Origin: Mustelus asterias
Lineage: Eukaryota
Assembly: GCF_964213995.1 (NCBI RefSeq)
Contig: NC_135830.1
Location: 19,468,001-19,532,000, forward strand
Direction: 5' to 3'
Length of the DNA stretch: 64,000 nucleotides
Position 1 is the first letter of the stretch, and each line of letters opens with the position of its first letter. The notes beneath the pieces were generated by a model that was not told the origin of the DNA, made no database searches, and saw nothing but the letters and a program-made list of their open reading frames with translations. The position numbers and the translations under genes are program-made. Shown here piece by piece: positions 1 through 11,546 of this stretch.

Positions 1-639
1 GCTAGGGAGTAAGTGCTGGAAGATTGGATTATAATTGATGGTTGATTGATGGCCATGCCAACAAGGTGGACCAAAACTGAAAAGCTCCATGACTCTATAA
101 CGATGACTCTAAAGGAAATGCCTGAACTAAAATATTGGGCTCAAATACCAGTGATAATAACATTATGATTTGTAATAATCCTTCACAAGGATTACAATTT
201 TGTCTCCATCAATGTGTCCTTCATTTCCGAGTTCAATACTGAAAATTATTCCTCAAAAGTACTTCTATCAAACTACCAAAGATACAAGTCTAAATTTCTT
301 CAGGATTTCAGCATGGGCAAAGCATTCATAGTCTGATAGCAATTGTAACTGATAAATATCGACCCAAATGGACTGGAGAGCTGGAGGTCCTCTGATGTAG
401 CACCGGTCCATCCATTTGTGTGCAGTGTAGATTTACCAGAATGACACCAGGATAGCAAGGGTTAAATCACAAGGTGGTGAAATAAGATAAATGAGGATTG
501 TATTCCTCGAAATTTTGTAGGGTCAGCGGATGATTATTTGAAAGTTTTCAGGAGAGCATTAACGTAATTCTACTGTAACATTGGTGTTGGAAATGAATGC
601 TCCCCAGCTCCTCCTGTCTTGAATTTTGCTGTAGAATCC

Positions 640-922
640 GCTTCTACCACCTCCCCCAGCAGCACATCCCAGGCATTCACTGTGTGAAAAACCTGCCCCT
701 TATATCTCTTTTAAACTTTCCCCCACTCACTTTCAACTTATGCCCTCGAGTAATCCGTCATAATCATGTAAACGTCTATCAGGTCTCTCCTCATCCTCTG
801 ACGCTCCAATGAAAAAGATCCAAGTTTGTTCAACCTTTCTTCATAGTCCCTATCCTCCAACCCAGGCAATCTCCTGGTAAATCTCCTTTCCGATGCATCA
901 ACATCCTTCTGGTAGTGTGGCA

Positions 923-953
<31 letters not shown>

Positions 954-1182
954 CCCAACTAAAGTATTATACAGCTGCAACATGATTTTCCAATTCCTAT
1001 ACTCAATGCCTCGGCCGATGAAGGCCAGCATGCCATGTGCCTTCTTGACCACCTTGTCCACCTGAGTTGTCACCTTCAGGGAACTGTGCCGAGATCCCTC
1101 AGTATGCTAATATTTTTAAGGGCTCTACTATTTACTGTATACTTTCCTTCTGCAGTAGACCTTCCAAATCGCATCACCTCGC
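640..1182 (-). mobile_element. CR1-clade LINE, degenerate 3' part of ORF2
   Basis: ORF 738..1073 (KKAHGMLAFIGRGIEY...HLEYCVQFW) aligns by eye with the C-terminal region of the intact CR1 ORF2 copies in this window. Confidence 0.85.
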
Positions 1183-1321
1183 AATAGTGGGGGGGAGAGG
1201 GGGAGGCAAGCAAGTGATGGCAGTGGTAACATTTGGTTGACTATCACAATCACAAATATAAAGCGATTTCAAAGGTTGATGGTTTTCCACAGATCAGGAA
1301 GAGGAGGAATGATTCTTGAGG

Positions 1322-2311
1322 GAAGGCAAATGCACTGTTAGCATTCATGTCGAGAGGGCTAGAATACAAGAGCAGGGATGTACTTCTGAGGCTGTAAAAG
1401 GCTCTGGTCAGACCCCATTTGGAGTGTTGTGAGCAGTTTTGGGTCCTGTATCTAAGGAAGGGTGTGCTGGCCTTGGAAAGTGTCCAGAGGAGGTTCACAA
1501 GAATGATCCCTGGAATGAAAAGCTTGTATGAGGAATGGTTGAGGACACTGGGTCTGTATTTGTTGGGAGTTTAGAAGGATGAGGGGGTATCTTATTGAAC
1601 TTACAGGAAACTGCGAGGCCTGGATAGAGTGGACATGCAGAGGATGTTTCCACTGGTAGGAAAAGCTAGAACCAGAGGGCACAATCTCAGGCTAAAGGGA
1701 CGATCCTTTAATGCAGAGATGAGGAGGAATTTCTACTGCCAGAGAGTGGTGAATCTGTGGAACTCTTTGCCGCAGAAGGCTGTGGAGGCCAGGTCATTGA
1801 GTGTCTTTAAGACAGAGATAGAATCATAGAATCATAGAAACCCTACAGCACAGAAAGAGGCCATTTGGCCCATCAAGTCTGCACCGGCTGCAATCCCACC
1901 CAGGCCCTACCCCATATCCCTACATATTTACCCACTAATCCCTCTAACCTACGCATCTCAGGACACTAAGGGCAAATTTAGCGTGGCCAATCAACCTAAC
2001 TCGCACATCTTTGGACTGTGGGAGGAAACCGGAGCACCCGGAGGAAACCCACGCAGACACGAGGACAATGTGCAAACTCCACACAGACAGTGACCCAAGC
2101 CGGGAATCGAACCCGGGTCCCTGGAGCTGTGAAGCAGCAGTGCTAACCACTGATAGATAACCATCGATAGGTTCTTGATTAATAAGGGGATCGGGGTCAT
2201 GGGGAAGCGGCAGAAGAATGGGGATGAGTAATCTATTAGCCATGAGTGAATAGCGGAGCAGACTCGATGGGCCGAGTGGCCTAATTCTGCCTCTATGTCT
2301 TGTGGCCTTAT
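1322..2311 (+). mobile_element. CR1 LINE 3' fragment split by an HE1 SINE
   Basis: RTRGHNLRLKG...RVVNLWNSLP motif (1629..1829); resumes after the SINE at ~2165 and ends in a CR1 stem-loop/tail. Confidence 0.85.
1819..2151 (-). mobile_element. HE1-type V-SINE
   Basis: tRNA-like A/B boxes, V-domain (GCGTGGGTTTCCTCCGGGTGCTCCGGTTTCCTCCCACA), (TTCTATGA)n tail shared with CR1. Confidence 0.9.
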
Positions 2312-2840
2312 GGGAGCAGAGACCCATGAGACCAGCGCGCCCTCTGGTGGATATCATCAGAACATCAATACCAAAGGGTAAAAAAAACAGAAAATCGGAT
2401 TATCTCCGGTATTGTCTCCAGCGTCTGATTATCAGGAGATAAAACAATTGTTAAATAACTTGAAGATTGGAAATTCGTTGCTTCTGTCCACAGGTTCTTT
2501 CCCATTCTGAGCTGCACAATGAGGAATGTTAAGTCACAACCCACATGCACACTCACCTTCATTTCCTGTCCGTTCAACTGGCCCAGTTCGTGGTGATCTT
2601 TCAGCCCAGTTTCCAGGCTGTCCACATGTCCCCCGCTAGCAACCACCAGCCCGCTCCCCCCACCCCCCAACTCCATCCTCACCCACTGCATTCCTCTGTG
2701 CAAATGCTATTCAGTTGTTTGACTTTGTTGATAATAAACTTCTACACCGATAACTGCATTTATATATTTTGACATTAATAAGTAACATTAATTATTTTCA
2801 TAGTACAACAATCCATTTATTAGAAATAAGCATGAAGGTA

Positions 2841-4035
2841 TCATCACAGAATCACAGAACACTACAGCACAGAATCGGCCCATCGAGTCTGCACCAACGC
2901 ATAATTGGCCCTGACCTGCCCACCTAATCCCACTTGCCAGCACTTGGCCCATAGGTCTGAATGTTATGGTGTGCCAAGTACTCATCCAGGTACTTTTTAA
3001 AGGATGTGAGGCATCCCTCCTTCACCACCCTCCCAGGCAACGCATTCCAGACCATCACCTTCCTCTGGAGTAAAAAGGTTTTTCCTCAAATCCACCCCCA
3101 AACCTCTCACTTTTAACTTGTGTCCCCTCGTAACTGACCCTTCAAGTAAGGGTAACAGCTGCTCCCTAGCCACCCCATCCATGCCCTTGAACACCTCAAT
3201 CAGGTCACCCCTCAGTCTTCTCTGCTCCAGAGAAAACAATAAAAGCCTATCCAACCTCTCTTTATAACTTAAATGTTGCCTCGCAGACAACATCCTGGTG
3301 AATCTCCTCTGCACCCTCTCCAGTGTGTTCACATTCTTCCTATAATGTGGTGACCAGAACTGCACACAGTGCTCCTGCTGTGGCCTCACCAATGTTCTAT
3401 ACAACTCCATCATGACCGCTCTACTTTTGTAATCTATACCCTGACTGATAAAGGTGAGTGTGCCTTTTTCACCACCCTATTAACCCGCCTTTCTGCCTTC
3501 CGAGATCAATGGACAAACACGCCAAGGTCCCTTTCTTCTTCTCACTATCCAGTGTCAGACCTTTCATCGTATACTTCCTTGTCAAATTACTCCTTCCAAA
3601 GTGCATCACCTCACACTTCTCAGGGTTAAATTCCATCTGCCATTTCTCCGTCCTTTTGACCATCTCATCTGTATCTTCCTGTAACCCAAGACACTCAACC
3701 TCACTGTTAACCATCCGGCCAACCTTTGTGTCATCGGCAAACTTACTGATCCTACCCCCCCCCCCCCCCCACGTAGTCATCTATGTCATTATTATATAAG
3801 ACAACCAAAAGGGGGCCAGCACGGATCCCTGTGGTACGCCACTGGTCGCTGGCCTCCAGTCACTAAAGCAGCCGTTTGCCATCACCCTCTGTCTCCGACT
3901 GCTAAGCCAATTATGAATCCACCTTATCAGATCACACTGTATCCCGTGTGCATTTACCTTCTTAATAAGTCTCCCATGTGGGACTTTGTCAAAGGCTTTG
4001 CTGAAATCCATGTAAACTACATCAACCGCGCTACC
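2841..4035 (-). mobile_element. CR1 LINE, 5'-truncated and frameshifted RT region with tail
   Basis: ORFs 3781..4074 ([19 protein letters not shown]), 3469..3780 (FADD) and 2997..3413. Confidence 0.9.
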
Positions 4036-4168
4036 CCTCATCCACACACTTGGCTGCATGCTCAAAACGTTCAATCAAATTTGATAGATTCTGTGCAGGG
4101 GGTGGTACTTAGATACCCATGAAGCATAACATTGATGCATCCATTGATATGCTGATTGACTTTATGAC

Positions 4169-4206
4169 AGTTTTTGTACAGGTTCAGCCATTTTTTTGTC
4201 TCTGTG
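4169..4206 (-). promoter_or_regulatory. V(D)J recombination signal sequence (23-class RSS, 22-bp spacer)
   Basis: Minus strand: heptamer CACAGAG (4206-4200), 22-nt spacer, nonamer ACAAAAACT (4177-4169), directly after the codons for YYCTLR. Confidence 0.85.
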
Positions 4207-5344
4207 GGTCTCAATGTGCAGTAATACACCCTGGAGTCTATCAGCTGTGCCTTAGAGACTTTCAGCGGGAAGGTTCGATGAGCTTCATTGAGCTTCACTG
4301 AAACACGGTTCTCTGGAAATTTCTCTGTGTTCTCCCCATATCTTTGATTTGATTTATTATTGTCACATGTATTAGTATACAGTGAAAAGTATTGTTTCTT
4401 GCGCACCATACAGACAAAGCATACCGTTCATAGAGAAGGAAAGGAGAGAGTGTAGAATGCAGTGTTACTGTCATAGCTAGAGAACGATTAAGTTATTGCG
4501 AGGTAGGTCCATTCAAAAGTCTGACAGCAGCAGGGAAGAAGCTGTTCTTGAGTCGGTTGGTATGTGTCCTCAGACTTTTGTATCTTTTACCGATGGAAGA
4601 AGGTGGAAGAAGGGTTCAAGTAGTCCTTGATTATGCAGGCTGCTTTTCTGAGGCAACGGGAAGGGCAGACAGTCTCAATGAGCGGGAGGCTGGTTTGTGA
4701 TGGACTTGGCTACGTTCTCAACCCTTTGTATCTGGTTCTCTGCAGCAAGTACTCGAAGGATCCGCTGGGATACTGGCGGTGCCAGTCTAGGTACAGAACG
4801 TCGCTGCTTGTAGATGCGTAATTACAGAACAATTGAATATCATCTCCTTCATTCACTGAGATTTCAGCCGGTCACTGTAAAACCAAGTCTCCTCGACAGT
4901 GTCCTGCAAGAGCCCAGGGCGATATTAAAACACACAATGTCACTTCACCATGTTTCTCCCCATTATCAATCAGTTACACCCAACGTTACCCAGGAACTAC
5001 TTTAGTGGTCTTAACAGAAAGATATTCCTTCCAGCCTGTGGTGCAAGGAGAATGTGCTTGGTGTGCTGAATAAAAACTACCTTCGATCAACTTTCAGCAC
5101 TTTCCAGCGGGGTGAGGTTGGGGTATAATGACGGGGGACTGTCCAATTTCAAAATAAGTTTACAGTCTTAAGTTCAGGATCGGTCTGAGTGTTTTTCTTT
5201 GGATCAGTGTTGATATTTTTGTGTTCCCTGTACTAACCGATTAAATATAAAGTATGAGGCAGATGTGGAGCGTGAAGTTAAATAACATTTGAACTCACCA
5301 GTTAAGACAACTGCAGCAATTAAGGAATAAGCAACTGTGAACAT
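4207..5344 (-). pseudogene. T-cell receptor alpha/delta variable segment pseudogene (TRAV/TRDV-like)
   Basis: Leader exon 5344-5299 (MFTVAYSLIAAVVLT|G, GTGAGT donor). Acceptor at 4905-4904. V exon 4903-4729 plus 4338-4207 reads GHCRGDLVLQ*PAEISVNEGDDIQLFCNYASTSSDVLYLDWHRQYPSGSFEYLLQRTRYGENTEKFPENRVSVKLNEAHRTFPLKVSKAQLIDSRVYYCTLR, with the V-domain Cys/Trp/Cys. Disabled by TGA at 4874-4872 and a Rex1 insertion. Followed by an RSS. Confidence 0.85.
4344..4728 (-). mobile_element. Rex1/Babar LINE 3' fragment inserted in the TCR V exon
   Basis: Same sequence as the Rex1 copy at 24008-24898; (AATCA)n tail; TATCT duplicated at 4339-4343 and 4729-4733. Confidence 0.85.
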
Positions 5345-5409
5345 GTTCACACAGAGGTGATGGGTGTTTGAAGAGCACTAGCTCCACCTGAAACTGTTTT
5401 TAGTCAAGA

Positions 5410-5570
5410 TCTGGGCGGAGCTTGACTAACATCTGGCCTTTCGTCCAATTGGATCGCTCCTGACAGTTGACAGCCAATCAACTGTCAGATCCATTGTTCT
5501 TCAATCATCCAATCAGCTCACGGATTCTATGTTCTCTTATTCATGACGTCAGAGCTGGGCGTGGCCAACA
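5410..5570. promoter_or_regulatory. Putative promoter upstream of the V leader exon
   Basis: Perfect CRE TGACGTCA at 5544-5551, three CCAAT boxes at ~5445-5515, GC boxes at ~5413 and ~5557, 70-220 bp upstream of the leader ATG. Confidence 0.55.
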
Positions 5571-6179
5571 GAGAGAAAGTCAATTTGAAATTCTCACTCA
5601 GTCAGTGTAAAGTGTTCCCGTCAAAATTGGCTATTCTGGGATCTGCCCTACTGAACAGAAGGCGATGAGCTACGACAGGAGGACTCTTTATTCGGTAATA
5701 CTGAAACTGTTCTTTCACAGCCAGAAACTGTTTGTGAAGAAAACCCAATATTCGCCTGCAAACAGATTCAGTCTGTGAAATATTGAATGTTTTGGCTGGA
5801 GATTCCCATTGATACTGCTGCTGTATCTCTCGGCTTCCATGTCTAGCATGGAGTGTGTGTTGCAAATATCAATAATACTGAAAATATACAGAGGCAGCAG
5901 TTGCCCGGACGGTTGCTTGTGGGTGTCCTGTAGAGCGAAACGTGTCTCTGAACAGGCTGGGCACAGAATCTGGGAAATTCCAGGAGTTGGTAACAGTTCA
6001 TCACCCCAATCCTGGAAAAGTGTATTTGGAATAACAAAAAAATGAAATGAATACATAAATTTCGCTCCACCCAGTGGGCACGGGCAGAAAATATATTCAA
6101 CCCCGGAATCAAATATCACTCAAAGAGAAAGAAAGACATTGGCTGAACTTAATATGTCCAAAACGCCCTTTCTAATTTA

Positions 6180-6545
6180 ACATAGAAACATAGAAAATAG
6201 GAGTAGGAGAGGTCAGGCCTGCTCCTCCATTCATCACGATCATGGTTGATCATCCAACTCAATAGTCTGATCCCCGCCTTCCCCCATATTCTTTGATCCC
6301 CTTCGAACCAAGAGCTATATCTAACTACCTCAAGAAAACGTTCAATATTTTGGCCTCAACTACTTCTCATGGTAGCAAATTCCATAGGCTGACCCACACT
6401 TTGGGTGATTTTGTTTTCCTCATCTCTAAACAGTCTACCCTGTATCCTCAGTCTGTGACCCCTGGTTCTGGACACTACAGCCATCGGGAACATCTTTCTT
6501 ACATCTACCCTGTCTAGTCCTGTCAGAGTTTTATACGTTTCTATG
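6180..6545 (-). mobile_element. CR1 LINE 3' end fragment
   Basis: CATAGAAA tail repeat and degenerate last ORF2 codons. Confidence 0.75.
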
Positions 6546-6583
6546 CAATCGCATCAGCAGAAACAGATCTCAGTGAACATAGT

Positions 6584-7771
6584 TCAGTCACAAAATTCCA
6601 CCACTGGAGTTACCTGTGAACTTCCAGGTGTCTCACCAGGGAGGATGACTGAATAAATCTCCTCCCACATAGAACAAGTGAATGGCCTCTCCCCAGTGTG
6701 AACTTGCTGGTGTGTCAGCAAGTTGGATAACTGAGTGAACCCCTTCCCACACATAGGGCAGGTGAAGAGCCTCTGCCCAGTGTGAACACACTGGTGTCTC
6801 AGCAAGTTGGCAGACTGAGTGAATCCCTTCCCACATTGGGAACAGGTGAACGGCCTCTCCCCAGTGTGAACTCGCTGGTGCGTCAGCAGGTTGGATGACT
6901 GAGTGAATCCCTTCCCACACTCGGAACAGGTGAACGGCCTCTCCCCAGTGTGAACTCGCTGGTGTTTCAACAGGGTGGATGACTGAGTGAATCCCTTCCC
7001 GCACACAGAGCAAGTGAACGGCCTCTCCCCAGTGTGAGCTTTCTGGTGCGTCTGCAGGTGCGACGAACAAGTGAACCCCTTCCCACACTCGGAGCAGGTG
7101 AACGGCCTCTCCCCAGTGTGAAATAAATGGTGAGTCAGCAGGTGGGAGGACTGGGTGAATCCCTTCCCACACTCGGAGCAGGTGTACGGCCTCTCCCCAG
7201 TGTGAATTCGCTGATGGACAGTGAGTTCGGTTAATCGTCTGAACGTTGATGCGCAGTGAGAGCATCTGAATGGTCTCTCATCAGTGTGAACAAGTTGATG
7301 ACGCCTCAGGTCCCAAGAGCTTCTGTAGCACTTCTCACAGTCTGGGCATTTAAAAGGTCTCTCCCCAGTGTGAACTTGCTGGTGTTTCAGCAGGAAGGTT
7401 GACCGGGTGAATCCCTTCCCACACTCAGTGCAGATGAATGGTTTCACCTCAGTGTGAACTCGCTGGTGTGTCAGTAAGGTAGATGAACTAGTAAATCCCT
7501 TCCCACAGTCAGGACAGGTGAATGGCCTCTCCCCAGTGTGATTGCGTCGGTGAATTTCCAGCACTGATGGGTAACTGAATCCTTTCCCACATTCCCCACA
7601 TTTCCATGGTTTCTGCCCAGTGTGATTGCACTTGTGTTTCAACAGGTCGGACGATTGGCGGAATCCTCGTCCACACCCAAAACACATGTACGGTTTCTCA
7701 GCACTGTGAATGTTGCTTTCTCCTTCCATGTTCAAAGGCCAATGATCGTCAGGTCCTGATGAATTGAACAT
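6584..7771 (-). CDS. Tandem C2H2 zinc-finger protein ZNF-1 (12 intact fingers, 13th frameshifted)
   Basis: CxxC-x12-HxxxH repeats with TGERP linkers. Splice acceptor at 7841-7840; first in-frame ATG 7771 (alternative 7729). A 2-nt loss near 6668 shifts the last finger. Confidence 0.92.
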   Translation of the reverse strand: MFNSSGPDDHWPLNMEGESNIHSAEKPYMCFGCGRGFRQSSDLLKHKCNHTGQKPWKCGECGKGFSYPSVLEIHRRNHTGERPFTCPDCGKGFTSSSTLLTHQRVHTEVKPFICTECGKGFTRSTFLLKHQQVHTGERPFKCPDCEKCYRSSWDLRRHQLVHTDERPFRCSHCASTFRRLTELTVHQRIHTGERPYTCSECGKGFTQSSHLLTHHLFHTGERPFTCSECGKGFTCSSHLQTHQKAHTGERPFTCSVCGKGFTQSSTLLKHQRVHTGERPFTCSECGKGFTQSSNLLTHQRVHTGERPFTCSQCGKGFTQSANLLRHQCVHTGQRLFTCPMCGKGFTQLSNLLTHQQVHTGERPFTCSMWEEIYSVILPGETPGSSQVTPVVEFCD

Positions 7772-7934
7772 CTCTGTCAAGACTTGATTTGATGTTTGAT
7801 TTGAGCTCCCCACCTTCAAATCCTCTACGTCCAAATACCCTGTAAAACGAATTTAAAATAAGAAAAAGCTATCATCAACGGTGCAGGATTGTCATAAAAA
7901 ACACAACTGGTTCACTAATGCCCTTCCTAATGTC

Positions 7935-8217
7935 ACTGCGGCCTCACAGAGCCAGGGACCCGGGTTCGATTCCCGGCTTGGGTTGAGTTTGCACGTTCTC
8001 CCCGTGTCTGCGTGGGTTTCCTCTGGATGCTCCGGTTTCCTCCCACAGTCCAAAGATGTGCGGGTTAGCTAGACTGGCCATGCTAAATTGCCTCTTAGCG
8101 TCTGGGGGACTAGCTAGGGTAAATGCATGGGGTTGTGGGGCCTGGGTGGGATTGTGGTCGGTGTAGATTCAATGGGCCGAATAGCCTCCTGCTGCACTGT
8201 AGGGATTCTATGATTCT
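7935..8217 (+). mobile_element. HE1-type V-SINE (5'-eroded)
   Basis: B box, V-domain, CR1-type tail. Confidence 0.85.
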
Positions 8218-8345
8218 TCAAGGAAGGTGACCTGCCACTCAGTCTGGACCTACACCAGACTCTGACCTCCATGGCAGGAGAGACAGAGGCAAAGTGAGGG
8301 AGAGGTTGTGAAGGAAAAAAATTAGGCTGGCTTGATTGTTCCAAT

Positions 8346-8551
<206 letters not shown>

Positions 8552-8689
8552 TTAACTCTGTTTCTCACTCCAAAGATGCTGCCAGAGCTGCTGAGTTTTT
8601 TTGAGGATTTTGGCTGTTATATCACTGAGATAAATCTGCACCTCCTCCAAGGCCAACACAGTTTGTCTTTTTAAGGCGTAGTACCCAGA

Positions 8690-9748
8690 AATTCAGCATT
8701 TCCCTACGACACTCATCAATTTTTACAGATGCACCATAGAAAGCATCCTTTCCGGATGCATCAGAATATGGCTCCTGCTCTGACCAAATCCACAAGAAGG
8801 GTTGTGAAAGTAGCCGGTCTATCACGCAAACCAGCCTCCCACCCATTGACTCTGTCTATACTTCCCGCTGCCTTGGGAAGGCAGTCAGCATAATCGAGGA
8901 CCCCACGCACCCCGGACACATTCCCTTCCACCTTCTTCCGTTGGGGAAAAAAAAATACAAAAGTCTGAAAACATGTGCCTTCTGCACTGTAGGGTTTCTA
9001 TGATTCTATGATAGGAAACGAGAGAGTGCAGAATATAGTGTTATAGTCATAGCTAGGGTACAGAGAAAGATCAACCTAATAGAAAGTTGGGCGGCACGGT
9101 AGCACAGTGGTTAGCACTGCTGCTTCACAGCTCCAGGGTCCCGGGTTCGATTCCCCGGCTCGGGTCACTGTCTGCGTGGAGTTTGCACATTCTCCTCGTG
9201 TCTGCGTGGGTTTGCTCCGGTTTCCTCCCACAGTCCAAAGATGTGCGGGTTAGGTTGATTGGCCAGGTTAAAAATTGCCCCTTAGAGTCCTGGGGATGCG
9301 TGGATCAGTGGGTAAATATGTGGGGGTAGGGCCTGGGTGGGATTGTGGTCGGTGCAGACTCGAATGGCCTCCTTCCGCACTGTAGGGTTTCTATGATTCT
9401 ATGTACCAACAGACTCAAGAACAGCTTCCTCCCTGCTGACTTTTGCATGGTCCGATCACACATTAAGCTGGCCTTTCTCTTCACCCTATCAGTAACTGCA
9501 ACACTATATTCTGCACCCTTCCCTTCCCTTCTCCCCGATGTACTCCATGAATAGTATGCTTTGTCTGTGTAGCACGCAGGAAACAATACTTCTCACTGTA
9601 TGGTAGTACATGTGACAATAATAAATCAAATCAAATTCTTCTCCCCGATGTACTCTTATGAATGGTATGCTTTGTCTGCCCAGCACACAAGAAACAATAC
9701 TGCTCACTGTATCCCAGTCCATGTGACAATAATAAATCAAATTAAATC
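8690..9748 (+). mobile_element. Rex1 LINE 3' fragment with duplicated tail, interrupted by SINE pieces
   Basis: Matches the Rex1 C-terminal region; tail CATGTGACAATAATAAATCAAAT occurs twice (~9610, ~9720). Confidence 0.8.
9089..9402 (+). mobile_element. HE1-type V-SINE
   Basis: GGGCGGCACGGTAGCACAGTGGTTAGCAC head, V-domain, tail. Confidence 0.9.
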
Positions 9749-9940
9749 AGTGTGCAATCAAGATGTTGGCCGTTATCCTGGGTCTGTCATCAAAAAAAAA
9801 ACCTCCGCTTGGCCAAAACCTGGAACGGGCAGGATTTTTATTCAAGTCTAAAAGCCAACATAAATTGCAAATACATCTTCCGAGAGTCCTGCAGCGACTG
9901 CATTTTCCCCACCCCGTCCGGGGATGTTCCTCACCTGCCT

Positions 9941-10110
9941 GGCGGCACGGTGGCACAGCGCTCAGCACCGCAGCCTCACAGCACCAGGGATCCGGGCTCA
10001 ATTCCGGCCTCGGGTCGCTGCCTGGGTGGAGTTTGCACGTTCTCCCCGCGTCCGCGCGGGTTTCCTCCCACAGCCCGAAGATGTGCAGGTTCGCCGCATT
10101 GGCCATGCTG
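9941..10110 (+). mobile_element. V-SINE head, CpG-enriched variant
   Basis: Colinear with the HE1 head and V-domain but with many T>C and A>G changes. Confidence 0.8.
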
Positions 10111-10159
10111 AATGGAGGCGGATTGGCCATCCCGCCCGCAGATATTCCGCACCAGCTCC

Positions 10160-11150
10160 TCTTGTCCCGATCCTGGCAGCGGCACTGCGCATGCTCCTGT
10201 CACAGCCCCGACCCGCGCCTGCGCGGTGGTTGGAGGACCAGCCCGCTCCCCCCCCCCCCCCCGCCCGGTCCTCCAGCCCCGCCCCCTCATTCACTCTGAT
10301 AGGTGGGAGCTTCAAGCCGCCACCCCACCCCCCCCCGCCCCCCCGCGCGATTCTCCTGCCCCCGCCCCCTCATTCACTCTGATAGGTTGGAGGACCAGCC
10401 CGCTCCCGCCTCTCATTCACTCTGATTGGTTGGAGGACCAGCCCGCTCCCCACCCGGTCCTTCAGCCCCGCCCCCTCATTCACTCTGATAGGTTGGAGGA
10501 CCAGCCCGCTCCCGCCTCTCATTCACTCCGATTGGTTGGGGGACCAGCCCGCCCCCCCCCCCGCCCGGTCCTCCAGCCCCCGCCCCCTCATTCACTCTGA
10601 TAGGTTGGAGGACCAGCACGCTCCCGCCTCTCATTCACTCCGATAGGTTGGAGGACCAGGCCGCTCCCCGCCCTTGTCCTTCAGCCCCGCCCCCTCATTC
10701 ACTCTGATAGGTTGGGGGACCAGCCCGCTCCCGCCCCTCATTCACTCTGATAGGTTGGAGGACCAGCACGCTCCCGCCTCTCATTCACTCCGATTGGTTG
10801 GGGGACCGGCCCGCCCCCCCACCCGGTCCTCCAGCCCCCGCCTCTCATTCACTCCGATTGGTTGGAGGACCAGCCCGCTCCCCACCCTGTCTTCCAGCCC
10901 CCGCCTCTCATTCACTCTGATTGGTTGGAGGACCAGCCCGCTCCCGCCTCTCATTCACTCTGATTGGTTGGAGGACCAGCCCGCTCCCCGCCCGGTCCTC
11001 CAGCCCCGCCCCCTCATTCCACTCTGACCGTCTGGAGGACTAGTAGCTGCTTCCGCTCGGTCTTCCTCTCCCGCTATTGGTCCGGAATCTCAATCAGCCA
11101 CTTCCGGTTCGAACAACTTCAGGTCGAAGGTCAAACTTGGAAAATGTGGT
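10160..11150. promoter_or_regulatory. CpG-rich bidirectional promoter between ZNF-1 and ZNF-2
   Basis: NRF1-like TGCGCATGCTC at 10186-10196, ETS-like CACTTCCGG near 11100, CCAAT and GC boxes; lies between two divergent ZNF exons. Confidence 0.65.
10227..11045. repeat. GC-rich minisatellite, ~15 units of 43 or ~63-69 bp
   Basis: Core CTCATTCACTCYGATWGGTTGGAGGACCAGCCCGCTCCC with an optional CCCGGTCCTCCAGCCCCGCCCC extension. Confidence 0.95.
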
Positions 11151-11546
11151 AATGACCGGATATTCAAGGCTCCTGATAGAGTCAGAGCCATTGGTTTTAT
11201 TGTCAGTCTGCAGACTGGAGCTGGAGAACTGAACCCAGACAGAGGAGAGGGAGGGAGAAAACTGGGAGTGGAGGAAAGAGATGGTGAGATGGGTTTGGAT
11301 TTCAGTCCAGGGAGGAGGGACAGTGTGTGATTTGATTTATTATTGTCACATGTATTGGGACACAGTGAAAAGTATTGTTTCTTGCATGCTTTACAGACAA
11401 AGCATACCATTCATAGAGAAGGAAAGCAGAGGGTGCAGAATGTAGTGTCACAGTCACAGCTAGGGTGCGGAGAAAGATCAACTTAATGCGAGGTAGGGTC
11501 CATTCAAAAGTCTGACGGCAGCAGGGAAGAAGCTGTTCTTGAGTCG

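Noticed and set aside
2365-2703. 112-aa minus-strand ORF with a GTGAGT donor near 2552
   Set aside because: No homology recognised; may be a non-coding exon but unsupported
5600-6120. Short ORFs and possible exons in unique sequence next to the V promoter
   Set aside because: No recognisable domain or consistent exon chain
6633-7265. Alternative-frame ORFs over the ZNF genes (HWGEAVHLL..., TLGRGRSPA...)
   Set aside because: Stop-poor shadow frames typical of C2H2 arrays
9089-9165. tRNA genes
   Set aside because: The A/B boxes belong to SINE heads and continue into the V-domain; no stand-alone tRNA with a terminator was seen
10227-11045. Repeat array as a CRISPR, and the Pro-rich ORFs across it
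   Set aside because: Vertebrate DNA, no unique spacers, no cas genes; the ORFs are by-products of a GC-rich minisatellite
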